Source of the DNA: Desulfatiglandales bacterium
GTDB taxonomy: Bacteria > Desulfobacterota > DSM-4660 > Desulfatiglandales > HGW-15
DNA: 64,000 nucleotides
Assembly: GCA_963667015.2 (NCBI GenBank)
Contig: CAXXJJ010000004.1
Coordinates: forward strand, 1,696,001-1,760,000
Reading direction: 5' to 3'
The position numbers were made by a program, and so were the translations under genes. The notes under the pieces are model-generated. The model was given only the letters and a program-made list of their open reading frames with translations, was not told the DNA's origin and searched no databases. Shown here piece after piece: positions 37,880-47,323 of the stretch (position 1 is its first letter; each line of letters opens with the position of its first letter).

Positions 37880-39880
37880 ATGAGCACACTGCCAAATATA
37901 AACATTCTTCCAACTTCCGGCAGGTTCAACACATCCGGGGGAGCAACGTCAGGTAGCAGCAACAGTAAAGATGTCTTCCAGTCCATCCTGGACAGCCTCA
38001 ATGGGAAAGACAGCAACTGGGTTTCCTCATTGTATTCAGATACAAATAAAAAAAGTCCCATAAACACACAATTGAAATCCGGTTTGGGTGTTAAAGGTAC
38101 CGGGATCGCATCTAAAGCATCAGCAGCTGCCAGGGTACATAAAAAGAATGATCATGAGGATTTACTTGTGCCTGCATCCCTGCAGAATCAGATAGTCATG
38201 TTTTTTGAAAAACAGGGCTTCTCATTAAAGGATATCAATCAGGCCCTTTCAGCATCAAAAAACAGCAATGGTCTTATCCAGCTTGATAAATTACTGGCAG
38301 GACTGTCCGGCATCAATTCAGGTAACCGCCAGGGAAAAAATCCTGCAGCAATCTTCAAGGAAAGTTTTTCAGATTTCCTTAAAGACCAGGGTATTGATAC
38401 CAAGAATTTCAGCACATTCTTTTCCGGTGTTGAAAATAAAAATGCCGTTCTTGCGAGTGATTTAACCGACCTTTTAACCGGTGACACAAAAAACAGCTCC
38501 TTTGTCGAATCGTCCAGCATTCCCGGAGTGCAGGAAATTCTCTTTAAAATGAGATTAGGGGCCGGCGAGGTCAAGAAAATAATAGAGCAGAGCAAAAATG
38601 GAAATGGTGAGCTGGAATTAGGAAAACTTTCATTTGAAATGAATAAATATTTATCAAGCAGCCTTTCGGAATCTGATCTTGCTTCACTTTTATCAAGAAA
38701 CAATATCTCCGTCAGTAAACGCCTTTTCGACAATATAAATTCAAAGTCGGACACAGCTAATCTGATGCCAGATAACAGCAAATACCTTACAGATGAGGCC
38801 CGGAAGGACTTAAAACAGAACATTGAAGCACGGTTGAAGGAAAAGGGCATCGAGGAAGAAAACATCAAGTCTCTTTTAGAAAAAATTGATCTAACCTTCA
38901 CAAAGGCAAATCTTGAAAAAGATACAGTCTCCGGAGAAACTGATCCTAAAAATCTGAAAATACTCAGCATGCTCAATGGAGAAAAAAATATTGTCTCCGG
39001 AGTGCTGGGCGATTCAATGAAAGAGGACATTGCCGCGTTCCTGAAAAGGAAGGGTTCTTCAGATAAGGATATAAAGAGCTTCATGGAATCCTTTAGCCTT
39101 AATACCAAAAAGGTAAATACAGGACTGGACGATAACTATCTAAAATCATCCATGTTAAATGAAAAGGCGTTAGGATCATCAAAAAATGATCTATTACTTT
39201 CAACATCAGACCAGGGCAGCCTCAAACTGAACCTTACAGAAATGCTTAAGCTTGCAGAGGAAAAAACAAAGGCCGCTCAGCTTGTAAAATCAGCCGAGGG
39301 CAATGCCCAGCCCCTTAAACATGGCTCAGAGGGAAAAGACAGGAGTGATTTTCTGGTGAAGGGAAGCCCGGAGTTATCAGGCCTTAACATTTCCCAGGAA
39401 AAGGAAATAAAGAATATCAGTAGGGTTAATCAGGCTAATACTTCCGCCAGCCTGCCTGATCCGCTTCCCAAAATTGCCGATAAAATGATGATCATGATCC
39501 GGACAGGTGAATATAAGAGCAGGTTACAGATAACACCACCGGAGCTTGGAAAACTGGATATTGCCCTCACTGTTAAAAATGGGCACATCCATGCAAGCCT
39601 CAGCACGGAAAATATTCTTGTAAAGGAAGTCATAGAATCAAACCTAAATCAACTTAAGCAGCAGCTTAATAATCAGGGTTTAACCGTTGACGGCTTTGAT
39701 GTGATGGTTGGCCTTGATAATGGGGAGCGTAAAGAAGGTAATACCTGGGCGAAAGGAAAAAACGGAAATGGATCCAGGCATAATTCAGGATCTATATCAG
39801 ACATCTCCGGAGAAATACCGGTTATATCGCCAGTCAAAAACAATCTGATAAGCGATAGTCAGATAGATGTACATGTGTAA
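37880..39880 (+). CDS. fliK: Hook-length control protein FliK
   Basis: Low-complexity N-terminus; C-terminal LQITPPELGKLDI...IESNLNQLKQQLNNQGL; precedes flgD. Confidence 0.88.
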   Translation: MSTLPNINILPTSGRFNTSGGATSGSSNSKDVFQSILDSLNGKDSNWVSSLYSDTNKKSPINTQLKSGLGVKGTGIASKASAAARVHKKNDHEDLLVPASLQNQIVMFFEKQGFSLKDINQALSASKNSNGLIQLDKLLAGLSGINSGNRQGKNPAAIFKESFSDFLKDQGIDTKNFSTFFSGVENKNAVLASDLTDLLTGDTKNSSFVESSSIPGVQEILFKMRLGAGEVKKIIEQSKNGNGELELGKLSFEMNKYLSSSLSESDLASLLSRNNISVSKRLFDNINSKSDTANLMPDNSKYLTDEARKDLKQNIEARLKEKGIEEENIKSLLEKIDLTFTKANLEKDTVSGETDPKNLKILSMLNGEKNIVSGVLGDSMKEDIAAFLKRKGSSDKDIKSFMESFSLNTKKVNTGLDDNYLKSSMLNEKALGSSKNDLLLSTSDQGSLKLNLTEMLKLAEEKTKAAQLVKSAEGNAQPLKHGSEGKDRSDFLVKGSPELSGLNISQEKEIKNISRVNQANTSASLPDPLPKIADKMMIMIRTGEYKSRLQITPPELGKLDIALTVKNGHIHASLSTENILVKEVIESNLNQLKQQLNNQGLTVDGFDVMVGLDNGERKEGNTWAKGKNGNGSRHNSGSISDISGEIPVISPVKNNLISDSQIDVHV

Positions 39881-39898
39881 TAAGGAGAGGACAGGACA

Positions 39899-40600
39899 AT
39901 GATATCAGGAGTCAGCAGCGCATTACCTTACTTTGAAGAAGAAAGCAATTATGCCACTGAGGGGGAGGACAAGCTCGGAAGGGATTCATTCATGAAGCTT
40001 TTTCTGGCACAAATGAATCACCAGGACCCTCTAAATCCTATGGATACAACGCAGTTCAGTTCGCAGCTTGCCCAGTTCAGCACACTGGAACAACTCTACA
40101 ATGTAAATGAGAATCTTGATTCCATTGAAGGCATTCAGAGCAGTGACAGCAAATACAATGCCCTTGGCCTGATGGGAAAAGAAATCCAGGCACAAAGCAA
40201 TTCACTTCTTCTGGATGGTGAATCACTGGCCAAAGGGGCATTTTATATAGATACAGCGGCTGAAACCTCTACTGTACGCATATATGATGAGAAGGGTAAG
40301 GCAATAAAAGATATCGACCTTGAAGGTCTTCCAGCCGGAACACACGATTTCGAATGGAACGGGCGTGATGATGACGGGAATATGAGGTCTGCCGGAGTTT
40401 ATCATTACGATGTATCAGCGATATCTCCAGCCGGGAATATGATTTCTGCGGAAAAATACATCCAGGGAACAGTTACAAGAATAAGCCTTTTTGAAGAGGA
40501 ACCGGTAATCTATCTAAATGATATCCCCATGAGCATGGATCAGATTGTAAATATTAAGACACCCGGTGTGGAAAAAGACGTTGCTGAGACAGAAAGCTAA
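39899..40600 (+). CDS. flgD: Hook capping protein FlgD
   Basis: FMKLFLAQMNHQDPLNPMD..QFSSQLAQFSTLEQ. Confidence 0.96.
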   Translation: MISGVSSALPYFEEESNYATEGEDKLGRDSFMKLFLAQMNHQDPLNPMDTTQFSSQLAQFSTLEQLYNVNENLDSIEGIQSSDSKYNALGLMGKEIQAQSNSLLLDGESLAKGAFYIDTAAETSTVRIYDEKGKAIKDIDLEGLPAGTHDFEWNGRDDDGNMRSAGVYHYDVSAISPAGNMISAEKYIQGTVTRISLFEEEPVIYLNDIPMSMDQIVNIKTPGVEKDVAETES

Positions 40601-40702
40601 GGCAAATCAATTAGGTACTTTAGGAATAGAAACAAACATATAGTTTATACCCGGCATGATGCCGGAAAATATAGACATTAGTAAGTCAATCAGGAGGCAA
40701 TT

Positions 40703-42415
40703 ATGGCACTTTCAAGCGCACTTTTTTCAGGAATCAGTGGTTTAAGTAATCTAGGTAATGCAATGCAGATTATTGGTGATAACATCGCTAATGTAAACAC
40801 TGTAGGTTTTAAAAGCAGCAGCTTTACATTTCAGGATCTCTTAAGCCAGAATATGTTTACAAGGGCAGGAACATCCCAGGTTGGTCGCGGTACTGCACTC
40901 TCGGATATTTACGCAACATTCGAGCAGGGCTCATTCGAATCAACAGGAAACACTACGGACCTGGCCATTGGTGGCGACGGTTTTTTTTCAGTAAGGGAAC
41001 CAATGACTGAAAGTCTTTTCTATACCAGGGCTGGTAATTTCCGTTTTGACAATGAGGGGTATATGATAAATCCCGAAGGCTATGTTGTACAGGGATGGGC
41101 GGTTGATGGCAATGGAGATATTACAGGATCAACAACCGATATAGCAATGACATCATTTACATCAGAACCCCAGCCAACTGAAAGCGTATCAATAATAACC
41201 AACCTTGACATGGAATCAGAAAACAACAGTACCATTCTTTCCAGTGCCTGGGACGGGACATCAGACACTCCAATTGCAGGAACATCCTATGAATATCAGT
41301 CCACAGTAAAGGCATATGATTCCCTGGGAAGCACACATGATATTACAGTATATTATGATAAGATAGAAGGAGCAGAATGGGAATATATCATAACCTGCAA
41401 TCCGATCGAAGATATGAGGCCAGGCATGGAGGGAACAAGTGCTGCAGGTCTTCTCGCCCGCGGTACTATTTCCTTTAATGAAGGAAGCGGTACGATAACC
41501 GGCATTACCATGTCGAACCTTACAGGATCAACAGCAACCGATCAGTCCGCAAGCGTTTCCAATTTAACAGGAACACTCCTTACTAATGGCGCTACTGCCA
41601 ATGTTGTCGTAGAAAATGCGGAAGAACTTGATGCTGCTACCGGAACAACATATGATGGTGCAGTTCTTACATACAACGATCCTCCAGGCACATGGTCTTC
41701 ATCTATAGCTGGATTAACGATAACAGGTGATGGCTCCCAGATAAATATAGACTTTGGAGGTTCGGCAGGTAACGATATTACTATCAATCTCTCACAGGCT
41801 GCCGCAGATGGTGACACTCTTCAGCTCGACCTTACTGGCTCCGATGGCTGGACCCCCTCGTCAACAGCTGATATTAATACCGATGGATATTTTGAATTTG
41901 CAGCCGACTTTATTGGCGGCACAGCTACATCAGAAAACCTGGCACTGGACATCGGAGTAAGGTGGAACGGTTCATCCTTTGTGCCCGATTCACTGGCAAC
42001 AACCCAGTATGCAAGTTCATCCACAACGGTTTATCAGTCTGCCGACGGATATGGGGCAGGTGACCTGGAAGGTGTTGATGTTGACGTTGACGGTCTTATA
42101 ACCGGTGTATATTCAAACGGCCAGGTACTCCCTCTATACAGGTTGGCCCTTGCAAAATTCCAGAGCGTCCAGGGTCTTTATAAAGAGGGTGGAAACCTTT
42201 ACAGGGAAACAAGGGAAAGCGGCCCTGCAACAACAAGTCTTCCCGGATCAAACGGGCTCGGGAACATTGCACCTAACTCACTGGAACAATCCAACGTCGA
42301 TATAGCAAATGAATTTGTCAAGATGATAACCACACAAAGAGGTTTCCAGGCAAATTCGAAGATCATTACAGTTACGGATCAGATGCTTTCCGAGCTGATA
42401 AACCTGAAACGATAA
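40703..42415 (+). CDS. flgE: Flagellar hook protein FlgE
   Basis: GDNIANVNTVGFK, DLAIGGDGFF, YTRAGNF, LEQSNVDIANEF..MI..QRGFQANSK. Confidence 0.97.
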   Translation: MALSSALFSGISGLSNLGNAMQIIGDNIANVNTVGFKSSSFTFQDLLSQNMFTRAGTSQVGRGTALSDIYATFEQGSFESTGNTTDLAIGGDGFFSVREPMTESLFYTRAGNFRFDNEGYMINPEGYVVQGWAVDGNGDITGSTTDIAMTSFTSEPQPTESVSIITNLDMESENNSTILSSAWDGTSDTPIAGTSYEYQSTVKAYDSLGSTHDITVYYDKIEGAEWEYIITCNPIEDMRPGMEGTSAAGLLARGTISFNEGSGTITGITMSNLTGSTATDQSASVSNLTGTLLTNGATANVVVENAEELDAATGTTYDGAVLTYNDPPGTWSSSIAGLTITGDGSQINIDFGGSAGNDITINLSQAAADGDTLQLDLTGSDGWTPSSTADINTDGYFEFAADFIGGTATSENLALDIGVRWNGSSFVPDSLATTQYASSSTTVYQSADGYGAGDLEGVDVDVDGLITGVYSNGQVLPLYRLALAKFQSVQGLYKEGGNLYRETRESGPATTSLPGSNGLGNIAPNSLEQSNVDIANEFVKMITTQRGFQANSKIITVTDQMLSELINLKR

Positions 42416-42435
42416 TGAGGTTTAGATACAGGGAA

Positions 42436-42682
42436 TGATGCCTGCCATGTGAAACAGCAGAATCTTCACAAAAGGCATTAAGCACAGAGCAGATTATAGA
42501 GTTTTTCCCGTCAAGGCGTCATGAATGGTTGCCTCCATAAGGCGCCAAGACGGGAGGAAATGTTGCCTCCAGACGGGTAAATTGTCTGTCGACAGAAGAA
42601 ATAACCCCTTTTTCCTTTGTTGACAGACATTAACCCAACCGGAGATTTCCCTGTTTTCAAGGGAAAATAACATCTGTTTTTT
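42436..42682 (+). ncRNA. Candidate structured 3'-UTR/sRNA downstream of flgE
   Basis: Four stems found by eye (42436-80, 42506-55, 42583-629, 42646-66), a terminal T-tract, two TTGCCTCC anti-SD motifs, no credible ORF. Confidence 0.4.
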
Positions 42683-42708
42683 GACACATCTCTATCACTA
42701 CATCTAAT

Positions 42709-43097
42709 GTCATTATTTTGACATATATTTTCGAGGTATTAGCTACGATTAAATGTCATATCTTTGACACATAGAAAAATACCGGGTCATCAGGAACACC
42801 TTTTGCCCTGAAGAAACTAGACGCATTTTATCATTTAATATCAATATGTTATACTTAAGCCACAATCAACTCCTCTGTATAAAATATCAGCAACCATAAA
42901 TTATTCTTTTATCCCCTATCAGATTATCTGCTCTGGAACACATCATATATTCTTGATAAAAATATTCTTTTTGGCTGACCTTTGCCACCGGGCACACACA
43001 ACATTAATTTATACAGTTATTCCAGCATGTTAACAACACATGAGAACAGGAAATAAAAATTTATTTTTTTTAAAACCAATATGGCACAGAGGTTGCT
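42709..43097 (+). promoter_or_regulatory. motA operon promoter: two FleQ-type boxes, IHF site and sigma54 element
   Basis: GTCATTATTTTGAC 42709-22, GTCATATCTTTGAC 42755-68, TATCAATATGTTA 42839-51, TGGCACAGAGGTTGCT 43082-97. Confidence 0.75.
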
Positions 43098-43137
43098 TTA
43101 AAATATGTAAATTTCTAGATATTTGGAGACACCTTTT

Positions 43138-43902
43138 ATGGATATCGCAACCGTTATAGGAATAGTAACTGCCTTCGCCCTGGTAATATCATCAATAATG
43201 TTCGGCGGTTCACTTGCCATGTTTATTGAAATCCGATCACTAATGATTGTTATTGGAGGGACTATCGGTGCAGCTATGATCAACTATCCTCTTCCTGATA
43301 TGTTAAAGGTGTCAAAGGTTGTTAAAAACGCATTCTTTATGAAGCCTTTTACAGCAAAGGAATTGATCACCAACTTTGTAAATCTTGCAGGAACTGCCAG
43401 AAGAGAGGGAATCCTTGCATTGGAAACCGCTTTAAACGACATAAACGATGATTTCATGAAAAAAGGGCTTCAGCTTTCAGTAGATGGCCTGGAACCTGTT
43501 TCAATAAAAGACATTCTTGATACCGAAATAGAAAATATAAAGGAAAGACATAAACTTGGAGCAGATATATTTACTACTCTCGGGACATTTGCACCTGCCA
43601 TGGGGATGGTTGGCACACTGATAGGGCTTGTTCAGATGCTTCAGACAATGGACGACCCGAGCAGTATCGGCCCGGCCATGGCGGTCGCCCTTTTAACAAC
43701 ATTCTACGGTTCAGTAATGGCGAATATTGTATGCCTTCCCATAGCAGGAAAACTCAGAACCAAGAGCACGGAAGAAGTTTTGATGAAAGGCCTGATGTCC
43801 GAGGGCATCATGTCCATAGCCAAGGGCGATAATCCCAGGCTTCTCGAACAGAAGCTGAATGCCTTTCTGGCACCGGAATTACGTGAGACGAGCTTTAAAT
43901 AA
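43138..43902 (+). CDS. motA: Flagellar stator protein MotA/PomA
   Basis: MDIATVIG, ARREGILALE, APAMGMVGTLIGLVQML, IGPAMAVALLTTFYG; start ATG 43138 after GGAG. Confidence 0.95.
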   Translation: MDIATVIGIVTAFALVISSIMFGGSLAMFIEIRSLMIVIGGTIGAAMINYPLPDMLKVSKVVKNAFFMKPFTAKELITNFVNLAGTARREGILALETALNDINDDFMKKGLQLSVDGLEPVSIKDILDTEIENIKERHKLGADIFTTLGTFAPAMGMVGTLIGLVQMLQTMDDPSSIGPAMAVALLTTFYGSVMANIVCLPIAGKLRTKSTEEVLMKGLMSEGIMSIAKGDNPRLLEQKLNAFLAPELRETSFK

Positions 43903-43923
43903 TCCATCAGGAGAAATAATTAA

Positions 43924-44439
43924 ATGGCTGAAGAAAACAAAGATGAGTTAGAGCAGGAAGATAAGAAAACTCCGGCAGAGGATTCCCCTAAAAGGAAAAA
44001 GGTGCCTATAAATCTCATAGTTATCGTTATTCTTGTCCTGTGCCTTTTGGGCGGAGGCGCTTATGTGTGGAAAAGCGGATTACTTTCCGGAAACTCGGAT
44101 GAAGGCTCCCTTGAGCAGCAGGAAACTCAGCAGGAAATCGGTCCAATCTATCCACTGGAAACATTCATTGTTAATCTGGTTGGGGGTCGAGGTAAAAATT
44201 ATCTCAAGGCGAAGGTGGAACTTGAACTCGATTCCGATAAAACTGAAATAGAAATCAATAAACGGCTCCCTCAGGTCAGAGATGCAATACTGACGATGCT
44301 GAGTTCAAAATCAAATGAAGATATCAACACACTTGAGGGCAAGTTTCAATTGAGGGCTGAGATTATTACAACACTTAACCAGTTCCTGAAGACCGGCAAG
44401 ATCAGGAATGTATATTTCACGGACTTTATCGTCCAGTAA
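43924..44439 (+). CDS. fliL: Flagellar protein FliL
   Basis: TM segment, FIVNL, PQVRDAI, VYFTDFIVQ. Confidence 0.95.
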   Translation: MAEENKDELEQEDKKTPAEDSPKRKKVPINLIVIVILVLCLLGGGAYVWKSGLLSGNSDEGSLEQQETQQEIGPIYPLETFIVNLVGGRGKNYLKAKVELELDSDKTEIEINKRLPQVRDAILTMLSSKSNEDINTLEGKFQLRAEIITTLNQFLKTGKIRNVYFTDFIVQ

Positions 44440-44477
44440 CAACCTGTTTTATGAATATTAATACCGGTAATTAAAAT

Positions 44478-45473
44478 ATGAACAAATTGTTATCACAAGA
44501 TGAAGTCGATTCTCTATTAAGAGGCCTGGATACTGGAGACATAGGCGGTAACGATGATTTTGATATCTCATCGAATGACAATGTGGAAGTTGATTCCTTT
44601 GACTGGGCCACCGCAGGCCTGAATGTCAGGGGCAATATGCCCCTCCTCGAGGTGGTAAATACCAGGTTTGCCCATAAGTTGAGAGGAAGTCTTTCAAACT
44701 CTCTGAGAAAGATGCTGGATGTTACTCCCGACCCAATTGAAACTGTCAAATACAGTGATTTTCAGCGCTCCCTTCCGGTCCCTACGAGCATGCATCTGTT
44801 TAAAATAGAACCTTTAAGGGGCCTGGGAATAATCGTTGTAGAAAGCAGGCTTGTATTCAGTCTTGTGGAGGCATATTTCGGAGGAAAAGGGGTCGGAGCC
44901 ACAAAGATCGAAGGAAGAGAATTCACTTCAATCGAAAACAGGATAATTGATAAGGTTGTTCACATGGCTCTGCATAACCTCGTAGAGGCATGGGAAGATG
45001 TCCATCCAATAAAAACAGAGTTTGTAAGATCGGAAAGCAATCCTCTTGTTGTAAACGTTATCCCCGGTGAAGAACTGCTTATATCAACAAAATTTGAAGT
45101 CGAGCTGACCAAGGTACTCGGCAATGTTATCATATGTGTTCCCTATGCATCATATCAGCCGATTCGGCATAAACTTGCGGGCAACTATAGAGATGAAGAA
45201 GAGCCGACACAGCTTGACAGGGCCTGGATCGAAGGCATGGAGAGGCAATTGAGGGGAACAGAAGTCACAATGAATATTGATCTCGGCAACGCGGCGCTCT
45301 CGGTTGGCGATTTCTTAAATCTTAGAGAAGGGGACATCCTGATTCTTGATAAAAATTATCAGCAGCCTTTAATAGCTCAGGTTGAGGATGTAAAACTTTT
45401 CGAAGGCTATGCAGGCAGATATAAGAATAAAAAGGTCTTCAAGGTAGAACGACCTTATATTGAGCAGGTATAA
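44478..45473 (+). CDS. fliM: Motor switch protein FliM
   Basis: LSQDEVDSLL, GG.G...EGREFT.IE. Confidence 0.96.
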   Translation: MNKLLSQDEVDSLLRGLDTGDIGGNDDFDISSNDNVEVDSFDWATAGLNVRGNMPLLEVVNTRFAHKLRGSLSNSLRKMLDVTPDPIETVKYSDFQRSLPVPTSMHLFKIEPLRGLGIIVVESRLVFSLVEAYFGGKGVGATKIEGREFTSIENRIIDKVVHMALHNLVEAWEDVHPIKTEFVRSESNPLVVNVIPGEELLISTKFEVELTKVLGNVIICVPYASYQPIRHKLAGNYRDEEEPTQLDRAWIEGMERQLRGTEVTMNIDLGNAALSVGDFLNLREGDILILDKNYQQPLIAQVEDVKLFEGYAGRYKNKKVFKVERPYIEQV

Positions 45474-45507
45474 AAGTAAAGACACTTAATAAAGAGAGGT
45501 CTTATTT

Positions 45508-45858
45508 ATGAGCAATGACAATTTAATGGACGACAGTCAAATGATGTCGGGAGGGATGGACTTGACAGAGCTTGAACCCGGAATGGGTCTGGGTAACGAC
45601 AGAAATATGGACTTCCTGCTGGATATCCCACTGGATATTTCGGTTGAACTTGGGAAGGCTAAAATAAAAATCGGTGATCTTCTGAAATTGAGCCAGGGAT
45701 CGGTTGTGGAACTGAACAGGTTGACAGATGAGCCCCTTGAGATTTTTGTCAACAAAAAACTAATGGCTCATGGTGAAGTCGTAGTTGTCAATGAAAAATT
45801 CGGAATCAGGCTTACCAACATTATCAGCCCCGGAGAAAGGGTTAAAAACCTTACCTGA
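45508..45858 (+). CDS. fliN: Motor switch protein FliN
   Basis: LLDIPL..SVELG...GSVVEL...GEVVVVNEKFGIR. Confidence 0.96.
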   Translation: MSNDNLMDDSQMMSGGMDLTELEPGMGLGNDRNMDFLLDIPLDISVELGKAKIKIGDLLKLSQGSVVELNRLTDEPLEIFVNKKLMAHGEVVVVNEKFGIRLTNIISPGERVKNLT

Positions 45859-45893
45859 TACCTTTTTCAGGCCTTAATCATCGGAGATACCAA

Positions 45894-46280
45894 TTGGATA
45901 CTGACTTCAATATGCTTTCATTAAAACTGGCAATTTTTCTCATGGGCATGTTTGCCCTGATGATACTGTTTTTCTTCTTCATCAAACGGATAAAGGGAGG
46001 ATCATTTTCCATGGGAAAATCTCCTGCAATGAAAAACCTTGCCACACTCTCCCTCGGGCCTAAAAAATCACTGGCACTTATTGAGGTCTGTGAGCAATGG
46101 CTGCTGGTTGGTGTGGGGGCTGAAAATATTTCCCTGATATCAAAAATAGATAAACCATCCGATTATGGTCAGTTTGTTAACAATCTTCCCCAGGAAGGAA
46201 ATCTATTTGAGTCTTTTTTATCAAAAGCCGGGCTAAAACATAAAGCCCCTGATGGCAGCAGTAAAAAAAATGAAAATTAA
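45894..46280 (+). CDS. fliO: Flagellar protein FliO
   Basis: TM segment plus LGPKKSLALIEV...LLVGVG..NISLI; lies between fliN and fliP. Confidence 0.85.
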   Translation: MDTDFNMLSLKLAIFLMGMFALMILFFFFIKRIKGGSFSMGKSPAMKNLATLSLGPKKSLALIEVCEQWLLVGVGAENISLISKIDKPSDYGQFVNNLPQEGNLFESFLSKAGLKHKAPDGSSKKNEN

Positions 46281-47037
46281 AATTAAACATCTCACAGTAA
46301 TTTCAATAATACTGGGCCTTGGACTCTTTGTGCTGGCTTCAACAGCGGCAGCACAGGCACCTTCCCTTCCAACCCTTACTGTAGGTGTTGGACAGGCAGA
46401 CAGCCCCGAAAAGGTTTCCACACTGCTCCAGGTTCTCTTTCTCCTTACAGTTTTATCCCTTGCCCCTGCAATCGTGGTAATGATGACTTCATTCACCAGA
46501 TTTGCAATAGTCCTGTCACTTGTCAGGCATGCACTCGGGACGCAGCAGATGCCTCCGAACCAGATAATTGTCGGACTGGCTCTATTGCTTACATTTTTCT
46601 TAATGACCCCGGTATTCAACCAGATTAACGATGAAGCGCTTCAACCCTATCTCGCAGAAGAGATCTCTCAGCAGGATGCACTGGATAAGGCACTAAAACC
46701 CATAAGAGCCTTTATGCTTAAACAGACAAGAAAAAAAGACCTCAGCCTTTTTATTGATATTGCCAAGCTGGACAAGCCGAACAGTTACGATGAAATACCG
46801 ACTATCGTTGTACTTTCCTCCTTTGTAATCAGCGAGCTCAAGACAGCTTTTCAGATAGGATTCGTAATATACATTCCCTTTCTTGTCATTGACATGGTTG
46901 TGGCAAGTGTTCTGCTGTCAATGGGCATGATGATGCTGCCGCCTTTTATGGTATCACTGCCCTTCAAGCTGATGCTCTTTGTCCTCATTGACGGCTGGAA
47001 CATCCTGATAGGATCCATGATCAAAAGTTTTTTATAA
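46270..47037 (+). CDS. fliP: Export gate protein FliP
   Basis: MMTSFTR, GTQQMPPNQ, SELKTAFQIG, MGMMMLPP, LPFKLMLFVL.DGW. Confidence 0.97.
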   Translation: MKIKIKHLTVISIILGLGLFVLASTAAAQAPSLPTLTVGVGQADSPEKVSTLLQVLFLLTVLSLAPAIVVMMTSFTRFAIVLSLVRHALGTQQMPPNQIIVGLALLLTFFLMTPVFNQINDEALQPYLAEEISQQDALDKALKPIRAFMLKQTRKKDLSLFIDIAKLDKPNSYDEIPTIVVLSSFVISELKTAFQIGFVIYIPFLVIDMVVASVLLSMGMMMLPPFMVSLPFKLMLFVLIDGWNILIGSMIKSFL

Positions 47038-47047
47038 GGATAATAAT

Positions 47048-47320
47048 ATGACATCTGAATTTGTAATAAGTCTTGGAAGTGAAGCCATCAAACTTACCCT
47101 GATGGTATCTCTCCCCCTCCTTGGGGTAGGACTTGTCGTGGGATTACTTGTCGCAGTACTTCAAGCAACCACACAGGTACAGGAGATGACCCTGTCATTT
47201 GTGCCTAAAATTATTGCGGTGCTCTTAACCCTGCTGGCAGCAGCACCATGGATAATTCAAAAGGTCGCCTTTTTTACCAGCAACCTGATACAGAGCATCC
47301 CTGAAATTATCAGGCCATAA
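47048..47320 (+). CDS. fliQ: Export gate protein FliQ
   Basis: QATTQVQEMTLSFVPK. Confidence 0.97.
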   Translation: MTSEFVISLGSEAIKLTLMVSLPLLGVGLVVGLLVAVLQATTQVQEMTLSFVPKIIAVLLTLLAAAPWIIQKVAFFTSNLIQSIPEIIRP

Positions 47321-47323
47321 AGG

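Noticed and set aside
35116..39108. Long antisense ORFs (35116-35967, 38239-39108) and the many short antisense/alternate-frame ORFs across the window
   Set aside because: They are shadows of well-supported genes (fliI, fliK and others), with no RBS or recognisable motifs.
42511..42580. Mini-ORFs near GGAGG motifs in the flgE-motA gap (MTP on minus, MLPPDG on plus)
   Set aside because: Only 3-6 codons long, poor SD spacing on the plus strand, and better explained by RNA structure.
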